Part shown: piece by piece, positions 6,581 to 7,330 of the stretch
Layout of the letters: each line of letters begins with the position of its first letter
Numbering within the stretch: position 1 is the first letter of the stretch
From: Paecilomyces variotii
Taxonomy: Eukaryota
Direction: 5' to 3' (one strand)
DNA length: 7,330 nucleotides
NCBI GenBank assembly: GCA_004022145.1
Contig: RCNU01000066.1
Program-made: the position numbers and the translations under genes
The notes under the pieces: model-generated
The model's database searches: none
The model's input: the letters and a program-made list of their open reading frames with translations, nothing else
What the model was told of the DNA's origin: nothing

Positions 6581-7330
6581 ATTATAGCTAGGCTTAAAAA
6601 CTATATATTATTTAAATTTCTGCCGCTGCTATTTATAAAATTAACCTTAAGAAATACCTATAATAATTAAAATTAATAATACTACTTATAATACTAAAAA
6701 AGAAGAAAAAGAAGATCTATTTACTAATTTATGCCCTACTTAATATTAGAGCTAAAAGATAAGGATTTATAAATTAAAAATAGGCTAAAGACTAGAAGTT
6801 AAAGCCTATCCCTTTAAAGAGCCTAATTACCCTATATATATTTAATAGAAGAGAACTAAAAGATAAGAAGATTATATACTATATCTAGATAGATATAAGA
6901 ATTAAGAATTATTTTAAAAAAATATTAAGTTCTATATTATTTAATTGGCATATTATCTTATTATTTTAAGATTCTTTTAATTAAAGTATTATAACCTATA
7001 TTTATAATTTACCGCCTATAATATTGCCTTTAATAGTAATTATTATTAAAAGAATTATAATATATTCTTAAAGCTAATTAAGATATTTACTCTATATAAT
7101 ATTCCCTTAAAGGCTTTATTTTAATACCTATCTTTAAGATCTAGAAGATTAGAAGAGAGAAATATAATTTTTATTTTTCTAACTGCCTATTCTACCTATA
7201 CTTAAAGAAATATTTAAATATTTATAATTATCTTAAAGGACCTAGATGCTATTTTAAGGATTAAATAAGTTTAAGAAAAAGATCTTACCTATTTACTGCT
7301 TAAAGAGTTTAAAAATTATATTAATATCTT
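6562..7330 (+). pseudogene. pol: pol pseudogene of copy B, N-terminal part (aspartic protease and linker to RT)
   Basis: Frame +1, which is -1 relative to gag: YALLNIRAK at 6730-6756 (YALLDTGAE, catalytic D site 6742). After a 1-nt loss in the A7 run 6916-6922, frame +3 reads LAYYLIILRFF*LKYYNL (LAHYPIILG..WLKHHNP). It ends in the same peptide that starts copy A. The start coordinate is approximate. Confidence 0.87.

Larger units (their letters stand above)
4923..7330 (+). mobile_element. Ty3/Gypsy LTR retrotransposon, copy B, 5' portion (continues beyond window), RIP-inactivated
   Basis: LTR, then gag with zinc knuckle, then aspartic protease. Region 7270-7330 aligns to 1-61 of copy A (49/61 identical, all differences transitions). 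Confidence 0.95.

Noticed and set aside
1..7330. Organellar or low-GC bacterial DNA, or an alternative genetic code with TAA/TAG read-through
   Set aside because: The stops coincide with transition damage to catalytic motifs as well (YxDD to YFNN, DTG to NIR), and CpA/TpG are depleted. This is RIP decay of retrotransposon genes, not recoding.
1..7330. Intact protein-coding or RNA genes on either strand
   Set aside because: Stop codons are dense in the frames I read, no minus-strand motif was recognised, and no tRNA- or rRNA-like sequence was seen.

Overview
This window is fungal-type (most likely ascomycete) AT-rich transposon-graveyard DNA, heavily mutated by repeat-induced point mutation (RIP; C>T/G>A). 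It contains no intact gene. From left to right: (1) the 3' part of a chromodomain-bearing Ty3/Gypsy LTR retrotransposon (copy A, 1-4063: RT, RNase H, integrase, chromodomain, PPT, 234-bp 3' LTR). (2) A ~495-bp non-autonomous hAT-like DNA element (192-686) nested in its RT region, with 11-bp TIRs, AACCG subterminal arrays and a CTTGAAA target duplication. (3) An 859-bp, even more degraded, unidentified coding-like relic (4064-4922). (4) The 5' part of a second copy of the same Gypsy family in the same orientation (copy B, 4923-7330: 5' LTR, putative self-priming PBS, gag with CCHC knuckle, -1 frame protease/pol). The window end (7270-7330) re-enters the same pol position as the window start (1-61), so the two copies together reconstruct a complete ~5.9-kb element. 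All protein calls come from manual translation plus mental reversal of RIP transitions; no database search was run. I see no evidence for a wholly new biological system. The best leads are the nested hAT-like element with an odd palindromic junction, the candidate tRNA-independent self-priming site, the unknown spacer ORF relic and the broad RIP mutation spectrum.
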